62,445 nucleotides of DNA, filler included, from Globobulimina sp. (GCA_003354225.1; 26 parts of 26 records of this genome joined end to end with filler, not necessarily neighbours in it); one strand, 5' to 3'. Positions 24,067-36,456 are shown, numbered from the whole stretch's first letter. Numbers and translations: made by a program. Notes: generated from the letters alone by a model not told the origin.

Positions 24067-26372
24067 TTCTGCTATTTATGGACAATAAGACGCAAAAAAA
24101 CGATAATGATTCTATAATGACGCAGAAAATCCACAGGCATTTAACGCAGAAATTGACGCAACACATCACAGAAAAGACAGAGATTTGCAGGGAATCCATC
24201 AACGATCAATTGACACAAAAAGAATGTATCGGATTCTTAGGCTGTTATATCTTAAAAATGTTATTTTTTACGCAAACACAATATGTTTACAAACAAGTTA
24301 TTGACAAATTATTATCGCGCATTGTCAATGCAAAAGATAATATTAACAGACTTGGCTCGTTGCGTTTATTTCAAATATTAAGCAGTAAGAAACCGTCCAT
24401 ATTCCTCAAAAAAGACATTATGACCAAATTGGATGTCTATTTAGAAGAAATCACAAACTTACCGCCGTTAATTGCCATTGGCTTCTTACATTCATTAGCT
24501 TCGATTATTGAGTTACGCCCGGATTTCAGTGATAAAATATTATATTTATTGCGCAAAGCTTTATATTCGCCATCATTAAATGTACGGATATTAGGCGTGG
24601 AAGGATTTATTTCCATCCTCCAGTTCACCAAAATTTGTGCTGCTTACTCCTCCGCGCTGTCACAGCGGCACAACAGTAATAACAATGGCGGCTATTCGCA
24701 GAAATTCGGTGCGTTGAACGCTTCGCAACAAGTTTTTAAGAATCCGAGACAGCATTTAATTGTGGAGATCATTGGTTATTTGCGACGCGCTTTGAATGAA
24801 CAGGCATTGATTCGAGAGCGAGTTTATTTTGGTCTCAATCGGGTAATTGATAGTGATTCGGATAATAAATTATTTTTATTACATTTGTTGTTAAAGCAAT
24901 TGAAGATATATTATGTAAATCCCACTGTGGCGCAGGAACGGAGTATTCATTCACCGTTACATTTTGAGTTATGTTTTGATAAAAAAAATATGGAACAATT
25001 AGTGGAGCCGCTACCTGCTTTGTTGATGATTGCATGCAATTTGTTATATCAATATGAATATGGCGAAGGTTATGATTTTAATGAATTATATCGACAGCAG
25101 AAAGAGCATGAGGAGGAGGAGCAGGATATGGATGAATTTGAGCAATGCGTACAATTGCAAACGGATCAATATTTAATGTCGTTGCCATGGAATATTGCCG
25201 CATTGTTTGAGATAAAATTGATAATCGACGATGTGGTGAAGAGATTATCCGTATTGAAACTGGAACACATTGATTTTGAGAAGCAAAATGAGTTTGGAAA
25301 TGATGCGGAGGCTCATGGCGTATATCAGGGACATATCAGATATCTGTTATTTGGATGTCTGAAGGCTTGTTCCTGTTATTTATTGCGCTGTTATTTAGAC
25401 TCCAAAAAGGAGGGTCACGTCAAATGTGCGGTGAAATTGATAGCAAAGTATCATGAAATTGAAGAGCGAGATTTGAAAAAGAAAAAGGAAAATAGTAAAA
25501 AGAAGAAAAAAATTAAGAATTCACAGCCCCGGCTTGTACCATCACTGTCAGTGTCACAAAGTAGTAATAATCAAAACGTTCGAATTTATGAAAATAAGCA
25601 GTTAACGCGTTTCTATTTCACATTAAATGCATATTTATCCGGCTCGAAGATCATAAATAATGCAGATTTAAAACTGATGCTAATGGATAGCGATCGGAAG
25701 CATATTTTGCATAGTTTTATGTTGGAGAATATGTTGGAATATTTGAAGAGTGCCAGCAAATATTTAAATGATACAAAATCTGAAAACATACACAAGAAAA
25801 GAGAATGGAGTGTCATTATACCCAAAATTGCGCCGTATTTAGGCACAATTGGCTGTTATAAGGATAGTTTTGGTGGTATTTCAGAATTATTTCATGAGAT
25901 TACCTTAATTTTCCCCTCCTTATTCAAAAATAGCTTTGTTGAGACCCGTAGTCTCTCCGTAAAAAGGGGGCAAATGGCAAATCCACACAATTCAGATGAT
26001 GACGATAGCAGTGAAGACGAAGAGGACAGCGATGTTGACCATGACAGCGATGAAAAGAAAGCAAAGAAAAAGAAGAAAAAGAAAAAACCAATCACAAAAT
26101 TAAAAAAACGCACAAAATTATGTGAAATTGCAGTGGAATGTATGCGATATATGGTAGACATTGCTATGTATAACGACAACAACACTGCGTTTAAATTATT
26201 AGTAAATTGGGGCAAAGACAACGACGCCGCGGATGAATATAATTATAATGTGTTGGAAGATGATGATTGGAACTCGCCAGAAATACAAAACATAATCAAA
26301 CGGAGACTTAAATGGGCCCTCAAAGCAGTATTCCAATCACACAATGCAGGTCTTGTCAAATTATCCAATTTA
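24067..26372 (+). CDS. FANCI: Fanconi anemia group I protein, internal fragment
   Basis: LLRKALYS..RILGVEGFISIL and EIIGYLRRALNEQALIRERVYFGL match the FANCI region around the ubiquitinated Lys; EPLPALL. Confidence 0.85.
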
Positions 26373-26472
26373 NNNNNNNNNNNNNNNNNNNNNNNNNNNN
26401 NNNNNNNNNNNNNNNNTTAATTAATTAANNNNNNNNNNNNNNNNNNNNNNNNNNNNNNNNNNNNNNNNNNNN

Positions 26473-27323
26473 AAAATCATTGTAAATTTTAACAAGACAA
26501 AACGGCAAACCATTGCCAAAGCCATTTATTCTTATCTCTTTAATAAAATTTATAGTCACTGTGCACTGCGGCAATCAAATATTTACCATCATAATATTCC
26601 TTTGAATATTCAAATAAAGCGTTTTCAATAAATTTCCCATAAACCGCTTGGTTTACATGACAGTTTAGATCAATATCACTATGTTGAACTTGCAATTTGC
26701 ATTCAAATAAACAATGTTTATCCTTCAACAAACCACTCATTTCATTCATATTCACGCTTAAAATACATTAGAGTGCAATATATGAATATGTCATACCTTA
26801 ATTCATTGCGTATTTGCTTTAATTTTGCCAACTCGCTCTTGCTTTGTGTTGATAAATAACGATTAATAGAATCTCGTGCTTTGTCACATACTTTTATGGC
26901 CCTTTTCGTTGCTGTATCAATATGACAACCCAATAATATCTTAGATAGCAATGGTTCTTTCATATGTTTATGCCGCAATGTTATTAAATGCGTACATGAG
27001 GTATTACCATAACCTATGAGTTTTGAATTGATAAATAAATCAGTTTCTGTATTACTTTTCAGCGAATTTGATATAACTTTTGTTGCAAATTCAGCTGTCA
27101 ATAACGATGGTTGGTGGACAATAAAATGAAAACATTTTATAAAACCAGGACAACCGCAATGCCTCTTTGATCGTATAAGGTTTAGATCCAATGATTGTTG
27201 ATTCCGTAATGAAGTAATGTATAAAATTCGCTGCATTTCACGAAATTCCATGAGTCTTTGTAAATACATATTGTTTCTGGTCGAAAAATCCCTTCCATGA
27301 AAGTGAAACGGCAAGCTTGCCAT
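26473..27323 (-). CDS. Double-HotDog acyl-ACP/acyl-CoA thioesterase with a 40-nt intron (26757-26796) and a probable 1-nt indel near 26570
   Basis: VQHSDIDLNCHVNQAVY motif; splice AG|GTATGA..TTAAG|C restores the frame; the alternative frame TVTINFIKEI continues to the contig end. Confidence 0.75.
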
Positions 27324-27461
27324 TAATTTTTTAACAAAAAAATCGTATTTTACTGAAAACTTTGAAAACATCTTCTTTCCAACAAAACCAACAATCGTCA
27401 CTCATTCCGACAAAAGAAACGCACACCAAACACACCCATACCCCTAACGCAGTCGCGCTAA

Positions 27462-28778
27462 ATGGCATCAGTCGCAAAAAGATTGAATGGAGATAGCAAG
27501 ATGCGTAAAAAAGACAAGAAAATGAAGAATATCTATACGCCGCGACCCGGTGGCGATCCAGATGACGGTTCCGATCATGATTGTGAAGTCCCCACCGATA
27601 AAAACGGGGACGCGCCAGTCTGGCATCGCCATTTCGAAGCGGATGAGTTATTGGGCCGTTATGAGCCAATCCGAGAATTAGGCCGTGGTTCCTATGGCGT
27701 CGTGTATGAAGGCAAAGTGTTGCGAAAATGGGGCAAATTAGAAGCGGGCCAAAAAGTAGCCATCAAGAAAGTGCGTCGTGTTTTTCACACCGAGACCGAT
27801 GCAAAGAGATTGTTGCGGGAATTGCGAATCTTGCGCATATTACGCAACCATGACAGTATCGTGACTTTGTTCGACATCGTCCCGCCCCAAAATGCGCGCA
27901 AATTTGCAGCCTTGACCTTGGTTTTTGAGTTTGTGGATGCTGACTTGGGCAAAATATTCCGTACCAACCAATTTTTCACCACCTTGCATGTGCAATACAT
28001 GCTATATCAGATCTTATTGGGCATGAAATATATGCACAGCGCCAAGATCGTACACAGAGACCTCAAACCCGCCAATATCTTAATCAACGAAGACTGTTCC
28101 ATCAAAATCTGCGACTTTGGTATCAAACTGCCTTATTTCTATTTCTTTATGTCTATAATCCATGCTTTTCTAGGTTTAGCCCGTGGTTTTAGCGAAGATC
28201 CGGACCAATTAAAAGATAAAGGCAACGACGATGAGAAGCAACACGATTCCAAACAAAACGGCAGAATCGAAGAAAAGAGCAAAAAGCGCACTTTATTGAA
28301 GAAAAAGTACAGTTTCTCTTTTTATTTTCAGTTTCAACGGTTTTTTTTTTCAGTTTAGTTTAAACGTTGAACGCAATTAAACCTGCAAAATGAAATTAAA
28401 CCGAATTGAAAGAAACTAAAAACTCCATCCTTTCACTAATTCTATATTTGCCTATCTGCGCTTTTGCGGCCTCCAAAAAAAGAAAAGCAGGAAAAGACCA
28501 AAAGGGCAAAATGAAGCGCGCCATCACGCGCCATGTGGTGACGCGGTGGTATCGCGGGCCCGAAGTGATATTATTGCAGCAAAAGCAAGCGACGTTGTCT
28601 GCGGTGACATGTGGAGCATCGGCGCCATCTTCGCCGAGTTGTTGCAGATGCAACGCGAGAACCGGCCGGACCCCACCAAGCGCGGTCCCATCTTCCCGGG
28701 CGATTCGTGCTTCCCGCTGTCGATCAAGGACCAAATGGATTACGCTTCGCGCGTCGACCAAATGCAAGTCATCTTCGA
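27462..28778 (+). CDS. Atypical MAP kinase (TRH activation motif); introns 28120-28173 and 28307-28482; -1 frameshift at ~28606; 3' truncated
   Basis: GRGSYGVV, VAIKK, AKRLLRELRIL, HRDLKPANILINEDCSIKICDFG|LARG, TRHVVTRWYRGPE, DMWSIGAIFAELL. Confidence 0.92.
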
Positions 28779-29016
28779 NNNNNNNNNNNNNNNNNNNNNN
28801 NNNNNNNNNNNNNNNNNNNNNNTTAATTAATTAANNNNNNNNNNNNNNNNNNNNNNNNNNNNNNNNNNNNNNNNNNNNTCGATCTGAAAATATAATTTTT
28901 AGTTTCAAACTGATATGATTTGCATGTATTTTCAGTTTGAAACTGAATCTCAAAAATAAATGCAAAAAATATAATCATAACCCAAAATGACATAGTTTCA
29001 AACTGAATTATTACAG

Positions 29017-29255
29017 GAATACCATATATTACACGTTTCTGTGAAAGAACCGTATTGGAATTAACAGCACAAGAAAGAGTATTTAATTACACTCATTCGA
29101 GTACGCGAGTGGTGAATGAGAATTATTATGGAAGATTACATGCATTATTTCCTATTTTGAATGATTTTTCATGGAGATTGGACAAATTAGATGTTATATT
29201 TCGTTGTTGTTTAGTTTTAACAAATGACAGTGTTGAATTATCGCCTATGCGATAA
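29017..29255 (+). CDS. PIF/Harbinger-type DDE transposase, last exon
   Basis: After the TTACAG acceptor: ELTAQERVFNYTHSSTRVVNENYYGRLHALFPIL..IFRCCLVLTN (DDE_Tnp_4 C-terminal N..hS..R..vE..fGrLk pattern). Confidence 0.75.
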
Positions 29256-29731
29256 ATATTAATAAAATTAATTTATTTGTTTCTTTTTGTTTGCATTTTC
29301 AGTTTGTTGTGACTTTTTGATGTTTGTTATGGCTATTTTATGTTTGTTATGGCTGTTCGATTACAAATTATAATTTTAAATATATAGAAACGTTTATAAA
29401 ATGATATCCTTGCACCTCACTGCTATCCTCGCACAAAAGTAATATCCTCGCACAAATATTTCATGAATTTACTCTAAAAAATTGAATATTATAAATTTAA
29501 TATATAAAAAGAGATTGACCAAATAAAAAGACATAAAACATACAAAAAATTACGTAAAATATCCACTATTATTTGTTTTATCAATCGTTTGACAAATAAT
29601 ACTAGCAAATGCAAAAAAAAAATAATAGAAATAACCATTTACCATAAAGGGAGTACATAAAAATAAAAAGAAAATATATAAACTAAAAAAGGTATAATTT
29701 TATTATTTAAAAAAGTAAAAATAGATAATTT

Positions 29732-30836
29732 TTATTGATCGCCAACACCTTTTAAATTCAACGAAATATTAAAAATCCTTTGAGCAATATCCAACGTTCC
29801 AAATCGTCGCTGCACCAAACTCTTGTAAACCAATAAAATAATTTCCCTTTCGGCACCAAAAAATGCACAGGAAACCTCTCCACGAACACTGTCATCGATT
29901 TTCGTCTTTGATAAATCCAATAAAAATGAGGTCGCATCCATCGTTAATGGATAAATACGTAATGACGGATGCGAGTAAACACCATTCCCATTCTCCAAAT
30001 TCACATTCTCTAAATTCCCATTGTCCAAAATCCCATTCTCATCAATTTCTGCGTCCAATTTCAATTTTTTCTTTCTTTTCTTTTTAATCTCAGCCATCGA
30101 ATTAATATCAATCTCAGCCATCGCATCCTTTTTAATCTCATTCGGCTCACTCACTTTCTGCTCAATCACTGCTTTATTCTCATCATCCAAATTATTCTCA
30201 GGCAATGCCATCGCTCCAAAGCCTTCAAATTCAGCCAATTCCATACGGCCACAAATGATATGTTCAAACTTTGCGGTCAAATCATCAGTTTCTTTGTTAT
30301 TTGAATTTCCATCATCATGACGCCGATACCATACAATTTGATCACTGTCAGAATCTGTTTCTGGCGGTAATTGACTTTTTTTCTTTTTCCCGCTTAACTC
30401 CGATCCCAATAAAGATATTATTTGCGTTATATTCGATCCTTTTAATTGTTTAGTTGATGCCATCAATGTTTTCTTATTTTTCTTTGCCTCCGATAATGAA
30501 TTTGCTGCATTCAACGCTTGCGATGCTGTGTTTTGTTTCAGTTTCAAACTGAGTCTCATTTTTGTATCATTGATCTACAAAAATCAGTTTGAAACTAAAA
30601 ATACAAAAATCAGATTGAAACTAAAAATAAAAATCAGTTTCAAACTGAATACCCAAATAACATACAACTCGACGGTGCCACTTTGATATTTTGATTAAAT
30701 CCCATTTGTGATAATGCATTTTGCGTCAAAATCGTCAATTTATCGCTGCCATGATATCCACTGATCGCAATAATCCTTTTTTTCAACGACGTCACCGATC
30801 TGCGCCTGATATATTCGCTGTACACCGTATCCAATC
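29732..30836 (-). CDS. Probable Harbinger second protein (Myb/SANT-like), last two exons 30666-30836 and 29732-30525
   Basis: Intron 30526-30665 (GTATGT..CACAG) joins the exons in frame; RRSVTSLKKRIIAI resembles a Myb-like recognition helix; convergent with the transposase. Confidence 0.5.
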
Positions 30837-30927
30837 CTGTATATTTAATATATTTCGTGTGAGTTTCAAACTAATTTTTGAAGCAGTTTCAAACTGATTT
30901 TGTACCTCAAAAACTAATCAATTTTTG

Positions 30928-31184
30928 CAGTTTGAAACTAAATTCATTTTTGGATTCAGTTTCAAACTGAAAATGCATGCAAATCATTTCAGTTTGAAAC
31001 TAAAATTATATTTTTTCAGATTGAAACTACAACGCTGAGAGGGAGGGGCGGCGAAGCCGCCCTCCCCTCCCTCTCAGTGTTGGTGTATAAAACTCGTAAA
31101 ATATCATTTCAGTTTCAAACTGAAATGATTTGTATGCAGTTTCAGTTTGAAAGTGAATCCAAAAATGAATTTAGTTTCAAACTG
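30928..31184. repeat. Foldback element: ~90-bp inverted arms around a GC-rich central hairpin (31031-31081)
   Basis: 30928-31020 is the near reverse complement of 31091-31184; centre CTGAGAGGGAGGGGCGGC-GAA-GCCGCCCTCCCCTCCCTCTCAG; a homologous arm lies at 28881-28960. Confidence 0.9.
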
Positions 31185-31730
31185 NNNNNNNNNNNNNNNN
31201 NNNNNNNNNNNNNNNNNNNNNNNNNNNNTTAATTAATTAANNNNNNNNNNNNNNNNNNNNNNNNNNNNNNNNNNNNNNNNNNNNTCGATAATATAAATAC
31301 TGCAATAAAAAAAAAGTGATTATTGCGTTTTGTTGCATTAATTTGTGTTTCTGTGTCAGTATCAAAATGATGCGATAATAAATATATGTTCATGTTTGAT
31401 GTTATGATTTTATCCAAATGCAGATTGATAATATTTGTTATAATATTATGATTTGTAATTCTATCTAAAAATTGAGAGGACAAACCTCAGGCTCCAGGAA
31501 TTTAATATCTTCACTATACTTTAATATTATTGTTCGTTTATTATTGTGTAACAAATGATGTATAAAATCTAGATAAACGCTTTCTGAGTTTTTACAGACT
31601 GGCTGCTTTTCAAATACTTAAAATATACTACTAAACAGAACACATTACAACATTATGTGCACAAAATGACACAATATACCTTTGAAAGCCATGTGACACA
31701 CATATTTAATATTTATGAGAAGAAAATGAA

Positions 31731-33319
31731 TTAATGTCTATTTTTTTTTATATGATTTATAATTTTTAATTGATGTGCAAGCAATGTAATGCCAATCTTA
31801 TTTAAATCATTTTCATCATTTATCTCCTTTACCATTTCAAGCGAATCAAAACCATGTTGTATAAACATATCGTAATATCTAAGCAATCCGGCCAATTGAG
31901 TTTAACCACACAGTAATCTCTTTTGCTCCGTCCTCATTAATATTATAACCAATTCCTTCAATAAAAGCATTCTCTGCTGGCTCATTAACAATTATTTGTT
32001 TTGTTGAACAATCAGCAATAATAAAATCATCAATATACGCACCATCCGTTTCAGCCACAGCAACATCATGTAAATTATCCATAATTCCAATATCTGTTTT
32101 ATTCACCATTTCCAATACATCATCATCCGCAATCTCTACATTCATATTATTAATCTGCAACATTCCCATATCTGTTTTATTAATAGTTTCCACCAAATCA
32201 CTATCTCCCGAATTATCCATAATATTCAAATATATTTCATTGATATCTGCCACAACAACGTCACCATCACCACTACGTTTTGCATTTGCCATTTCTACAT
32301 TGCTCAAACTTGAAACATGATCCTTTACAATTATTGCATTATTTTATAAAAAAATAACGCAGCGACACCAAATGCAAAACATATAACAATTATAATCACT
32401 GTAATATACAGACCAGAATTGTTATTCTTTTGATTTCCATCAATGTTACTTTCATAGTCACCGTTGGTCGAATATGTTGTCGTTTCTCTTTGTTCTTGTT
32501 CTGAATATGCATTAGTCACTGGATTTTGGCTTGGAATGTTTGTGGGTGGTTGCGTTGGATCAATTGTTGGATATTTTGTTGGCTCAGTTGTTGGTGTATC
32601 AGTTGGATTATTTGTTGGTGCAGTTGTTGGCGGATGAGATGGTACAGTTGGTGCAGTGGATGGAGTCGTTGGAGCAGAACTTGGATCATTGGTTGGTGCG
32701 GAGGAGGGGGGTTTTGTTGTTGCAGTGGGTGATATAGTTGGATTTAAAGTGACTGCAGTTGGTGATGGTGTCGGTGCTGTGATGTGATTTGATTTGATTA
32801 TTAACAATATTTATCACTATGGATACATAATATAACATGCCATAGTCCATTGGATAATATGACCATGTGCTATCTGCATCGCCCCAAGCACCGGTGCTTG
32901 AAATATCGCCAATGCGGACAGTTGCCGCCTCAGTGAGTCCCATGCCTGGTTCTGTTGTCTACCATGGTGCTACATAGCCCATCTGTCGTATATGAAAATA
33001 TACATTTCTCCGTTGGAAGGACGTACTGGCCATATACGACAATGTCAAATGTTAATGTAACGTTTTCATAAAGAATGGTAGATATCATATCATGATATAT
33101 ATAGTCGTCACTAAGAATGGACCAACATGGACCATCCACTGCATCAGGACAATTCGCATTGTTTCGTTGAACTGGAGTCACAGATCCTTGCCAATCTGAT
33201 GTAAATGTTACAATATCATTCCACAGCACAACACAGCACAACACATCTCTATGGTAATTAAAAAAATAGAAAATCTCTGCAAATTTAGGTAATGAGAATA
33301 AAAATAGAAGCACTGACAT
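31731..33319 (-). pseudogene. Frameshifted receptor-like gene: ectodomain, P/T/S mucin repeats, TM, C-terminal SAM domain
   Basis: Four consecutive track ORFs in shifted frames plus a fifth frame GLLRYYDMFIQHGFDSLEMVKEI..DLNKIGITLLAHQLKII (SAM) after 31890. Confidence 0.75.
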
Positions 33320-33690
33320 TATCGACTAATGAGAATAAAAATGATATTAAAAAGATAACCTCCCCGCCCCTGTATACCATTATCTCAGTTCACGTTTGTT
33401 GGAAACGTAAGAGAAATATTCTAAACACTCAGCTTCATAACAAGTCAAGATACAAACAAGTCGCCTCAACATTGTTTTCAATCCCTTCCAAAAACAAATA
33501 TTACGGATTTCGAATTGATTTACCCTTTTTTTTTTTGATCAAAAGTTGTAAAAGGAAAAATATGATGAAATGTTAAAATGTATGGAAATCNNNNNNNNNN
33601 NNNNNNNNNNNNNNNNNNNNNNNNNNNNNNNNNNTTAATTAATTAANNNNNNNNNNNNNNNNNNNNNNNNNNNNNNNNNNNNNNNNNNNN

Positions 33691-34120
33691 CGAAAATGGT
33701 TTGTTGTAAAGCCTTCTCTTCATTTTCGAACTGTTTTGCGTTATGAATCTTAACCATTTGTTTTAAAACCGTCGACTTTCCAGATCCACCGGCACCTAAT
33801 AACAGTAATGCAATTGTTGTCGATTCTAATTTGGATTCTGTTCCTAATTTCTTTTCGATCTCTGAATGTGCCTTTTCTTCACCTGTTTTATCATTGGAAC
33901 CAAAGCGACTCAGCCACTGCTTTAATGCACCCATTTTGCCAGATTTTTTACCACTTACTCGCTGGCTTTCGCTATCCATATTATTCGCGTTGTTTAAGGT
34001 TTGCATGTTATTTAGCGAACTGCGATTAAAATATGGTTTTGGATCAGAGACTGTTAATGAAGAAACACTGTTGGATTCTTCGTGTTTGGCATGTTTGGAT
34101 TTCTTTTTTGGGTGCGACAT
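33691..34120 (-). CDS. Heterotrimeric G-protein alpha subunit N-terminal fragment
   Basis: LLLLGAGGSGKSTVLKQMVKIH. Confidence 0.9.
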
Positions 34121-34689
34121 GGTTGAGGTATAAAAAAACTTCAACGCATATGTGATGACTACTTCATTTTTTTAAAATACATAAGTAAACTTAGGAACTT
34201 ATTCATGGGAAACAAATATATATTTGTTGATTTATATATTTGTTGATAATATTTCATTTAAACAACATAACGTTCACAATCAGATTGAATTGGTGTTAAA
34301 AGTGAATAAAATACAGCTAAAGACAGAAACAAGTTTCTTAAGTTTTTTAGTGAGTTTTGTGCTCTTCGACATGAAGTCATGAACACAATTCCGTCCATCA
34401 GTCTAACCAATACCATAATATCAAACCATGTTCCAGGTAGCACACGTCTGACACCTCTACATCCCAATATACCTCTACATTTTCTAATTGTTTTACATGT
34501 GCGTTTTCTACAGATAATCGATTACAAAACAAATTTATATCGCGAGTATTATCACTGCAACAGACAAGTCCACGTAAAATAAACTATACAATATACGTTA
34601 AAATTGCTATAAATCCAACAGCGGAAACCAAAGAAGTATTCTTCTCATATCAACCAGACACTGAATCGTTAGAATCGGTAATTAATGAA

Positions 34690-35070
34690 ATGATCGATGC
34701 ATTACAATTGAATAAAGATTTTCATTTCAAAATAATTATACAGTCAATACAGAATGCAATGAAAACAAAGCAAATGAAGATAGTGCCAACGCCGTGTGTT
34801 AAGCCAAAGATTCTCACAAAGAGTAATTTCAATAATATTAATAATAATTTACATACGGATGAAAATCATGAAATTGCATTTTTACCATTGTCGCCGTTGA
34901 TATTATCGCCACGTATACTTCATAAGAGACCTTCAAATGCAACATTTCCAGATTTAAGGAGCAGTTCCATGTCTGAATCAGATCTGTTTTCATTGATAAA
35001 TGCTAAGCCAATAACACATAACAGTAATAAATATGGAGATGAATTGTTTGATTATTCAGACACATTGTAA
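34690..35070 (+). CDS. Hypothetical protein (probably the last exon of a gene starting near 34379)
   Basis: Open frame upstream of the ATG with coding-like composition. Confidence 0.35.
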   Translation: MIDALQLNKDFHFKIIIQSIQNAMKTKQMKIVPTPCVKPKILTKSNFNNINNNLHTDENHEIAFLPLSPLILSPRILHKRPSNATFPDLRSSSMSESDLFSLINAKPITHNSNKYGDELFDYSDTL

Positions 35071-35451
35071 CCAATATGGAATAATATTGATTATGATGGT
35101 TTATTTTTTTTTAGTGTACACTAGCTACAATATCCAGATTGTCAGATATTATATTTGTGTTTTTCTTGTGTTACTTACTTTTTTCCCCTCGTAATTCTAA
35201 TATTTTAGCATATTGTTTGCCTATTTTGTGGTTGTTTGAATACAATATTTTAATGTTAATTTGTTTCAATTCAATTCAATTGAGATTATTTATTACCATC
35301 GATCATGTTTATGATTTTCTGATGCATAAACTATATTAATTCCGAATAATTAATCTTTTGTATACCATTTATTGAATCCGAGGAGGTAAACAAATAGGAG
35401 GTGGTTAGAATTGCAGTACACAAAAAAACTAAGAACGTCACTTTGAAGATA

Positions 35452-35995
35452 ATGGAAAGCCAATCTGAATCTGCAGACTCTTGTCTTACAACAATCTATC
35501 AATTAAAGTATTTTTTACACTGTTTTCGTAAGAATAAATACGTCAATCTCCAAAAATTGTTAATTACAATTAACAGTATCCAAGACCGTACAAAAGGAAT
35601 TAAATTATTAAACAAAATATTTTCAAATCTGATCGCTAATCCAAACGAAGAGAAGTATAAAAATTTAAATTTTGAAAAAATATCTCAAAAATTACAATTC
35701 CAATCATTTATAGATTTGCTATTTTTGGCAGGATTTGTTATATCACCAAACCTGAAACGTTTATATTTTGATGATTCGCAAACAAATAATTTATTAGACA
35801 TAAATAAATTATTACAAAGTAAGATTAATAAAATGGGCAAACAATTGAAAGAAGAGAAACAACCAGAAACAGAAAGAGAAACAGATGAGAAACAAGAAGA
35901 GAAACATTCGAATACAGATAATAATAATATGTACATGTCTAAATCGAGTGTTTTATCGTATTTAATGAATATGGGATACGAAAGAAATGAGGTTG
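35452..35995 (+). CDS. PUB domain protein followed by the start of a UBA-like motif (3' truncated)
   Basis: LLNKIFSNLIANPNEEKYKNLN..LFLAGF; LMNMGYERNEV. Confidence 0.8.
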
Positions 35996-36417
35996 NNNNN
36001 NNNNNNNNNNNNNNNNNNNNNNNNNNNNNNNNNNNNNNNTTAATTAATTAANNNNNNNNNNNNNNNNNNNNNNNNNNNNNNNNNNNNNNNNNNNNTGATA
36101 TTTAGATCTCTTGAACATATGGTGACCCCGGAGTGATTTTTGACGCAAAAACTTCATAATTTATAATTTATTTGTGTATTATATCGTGTATTTGGTGAGG
36201 CCATAAATAACGTGTATTATACGTTATATAGCTTCACCCTTCGATGCTGCAAGGCTCGAATGAGTATTCTGATGAAAACCCAAAAAACAAAAACACACAC
36301 TGTATTATTTAGATTGATGAGAAACTTGAAGAAAATAGAATACATTTTGAAGACAGTACTAGAACAATAAGTTGTAAATAACGGCTCAGCAGTGAACATA
36401 AAATATCAAATTTTATT

Positions 36418-36456
36418 GCCAAATTTTCGACCAACAACTGTGGTCTTCCTCAGGAC
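36418..36456 (-). ncRNA. Minimal (Penelope pLTR-type) hammerhead ribozyme motif
   Basis: Minus strand GUC-CUGAGGA-A-GACCA(CAGUUGU)UGGUC-GAAA-AUUU-GGC, with AAUAAA immediately after. Confidence 0.7.

Larger units (their letters stand above)
28879..31184. mobile_element. Internal part of a PIF/Harbinger-superfamily transposon with two convergent genes
   Basis: DDE transposase 3' end facing a second gene; termini are not in the contig. Confidence 0.6.

Noticed and set aside
30526-30559. Track start MRLSLKLKQNT for ORF 29732-30559
   Set aside because: It lies within the predicted intron and includes a palindrome copy; the true frame enters from the upstream exon
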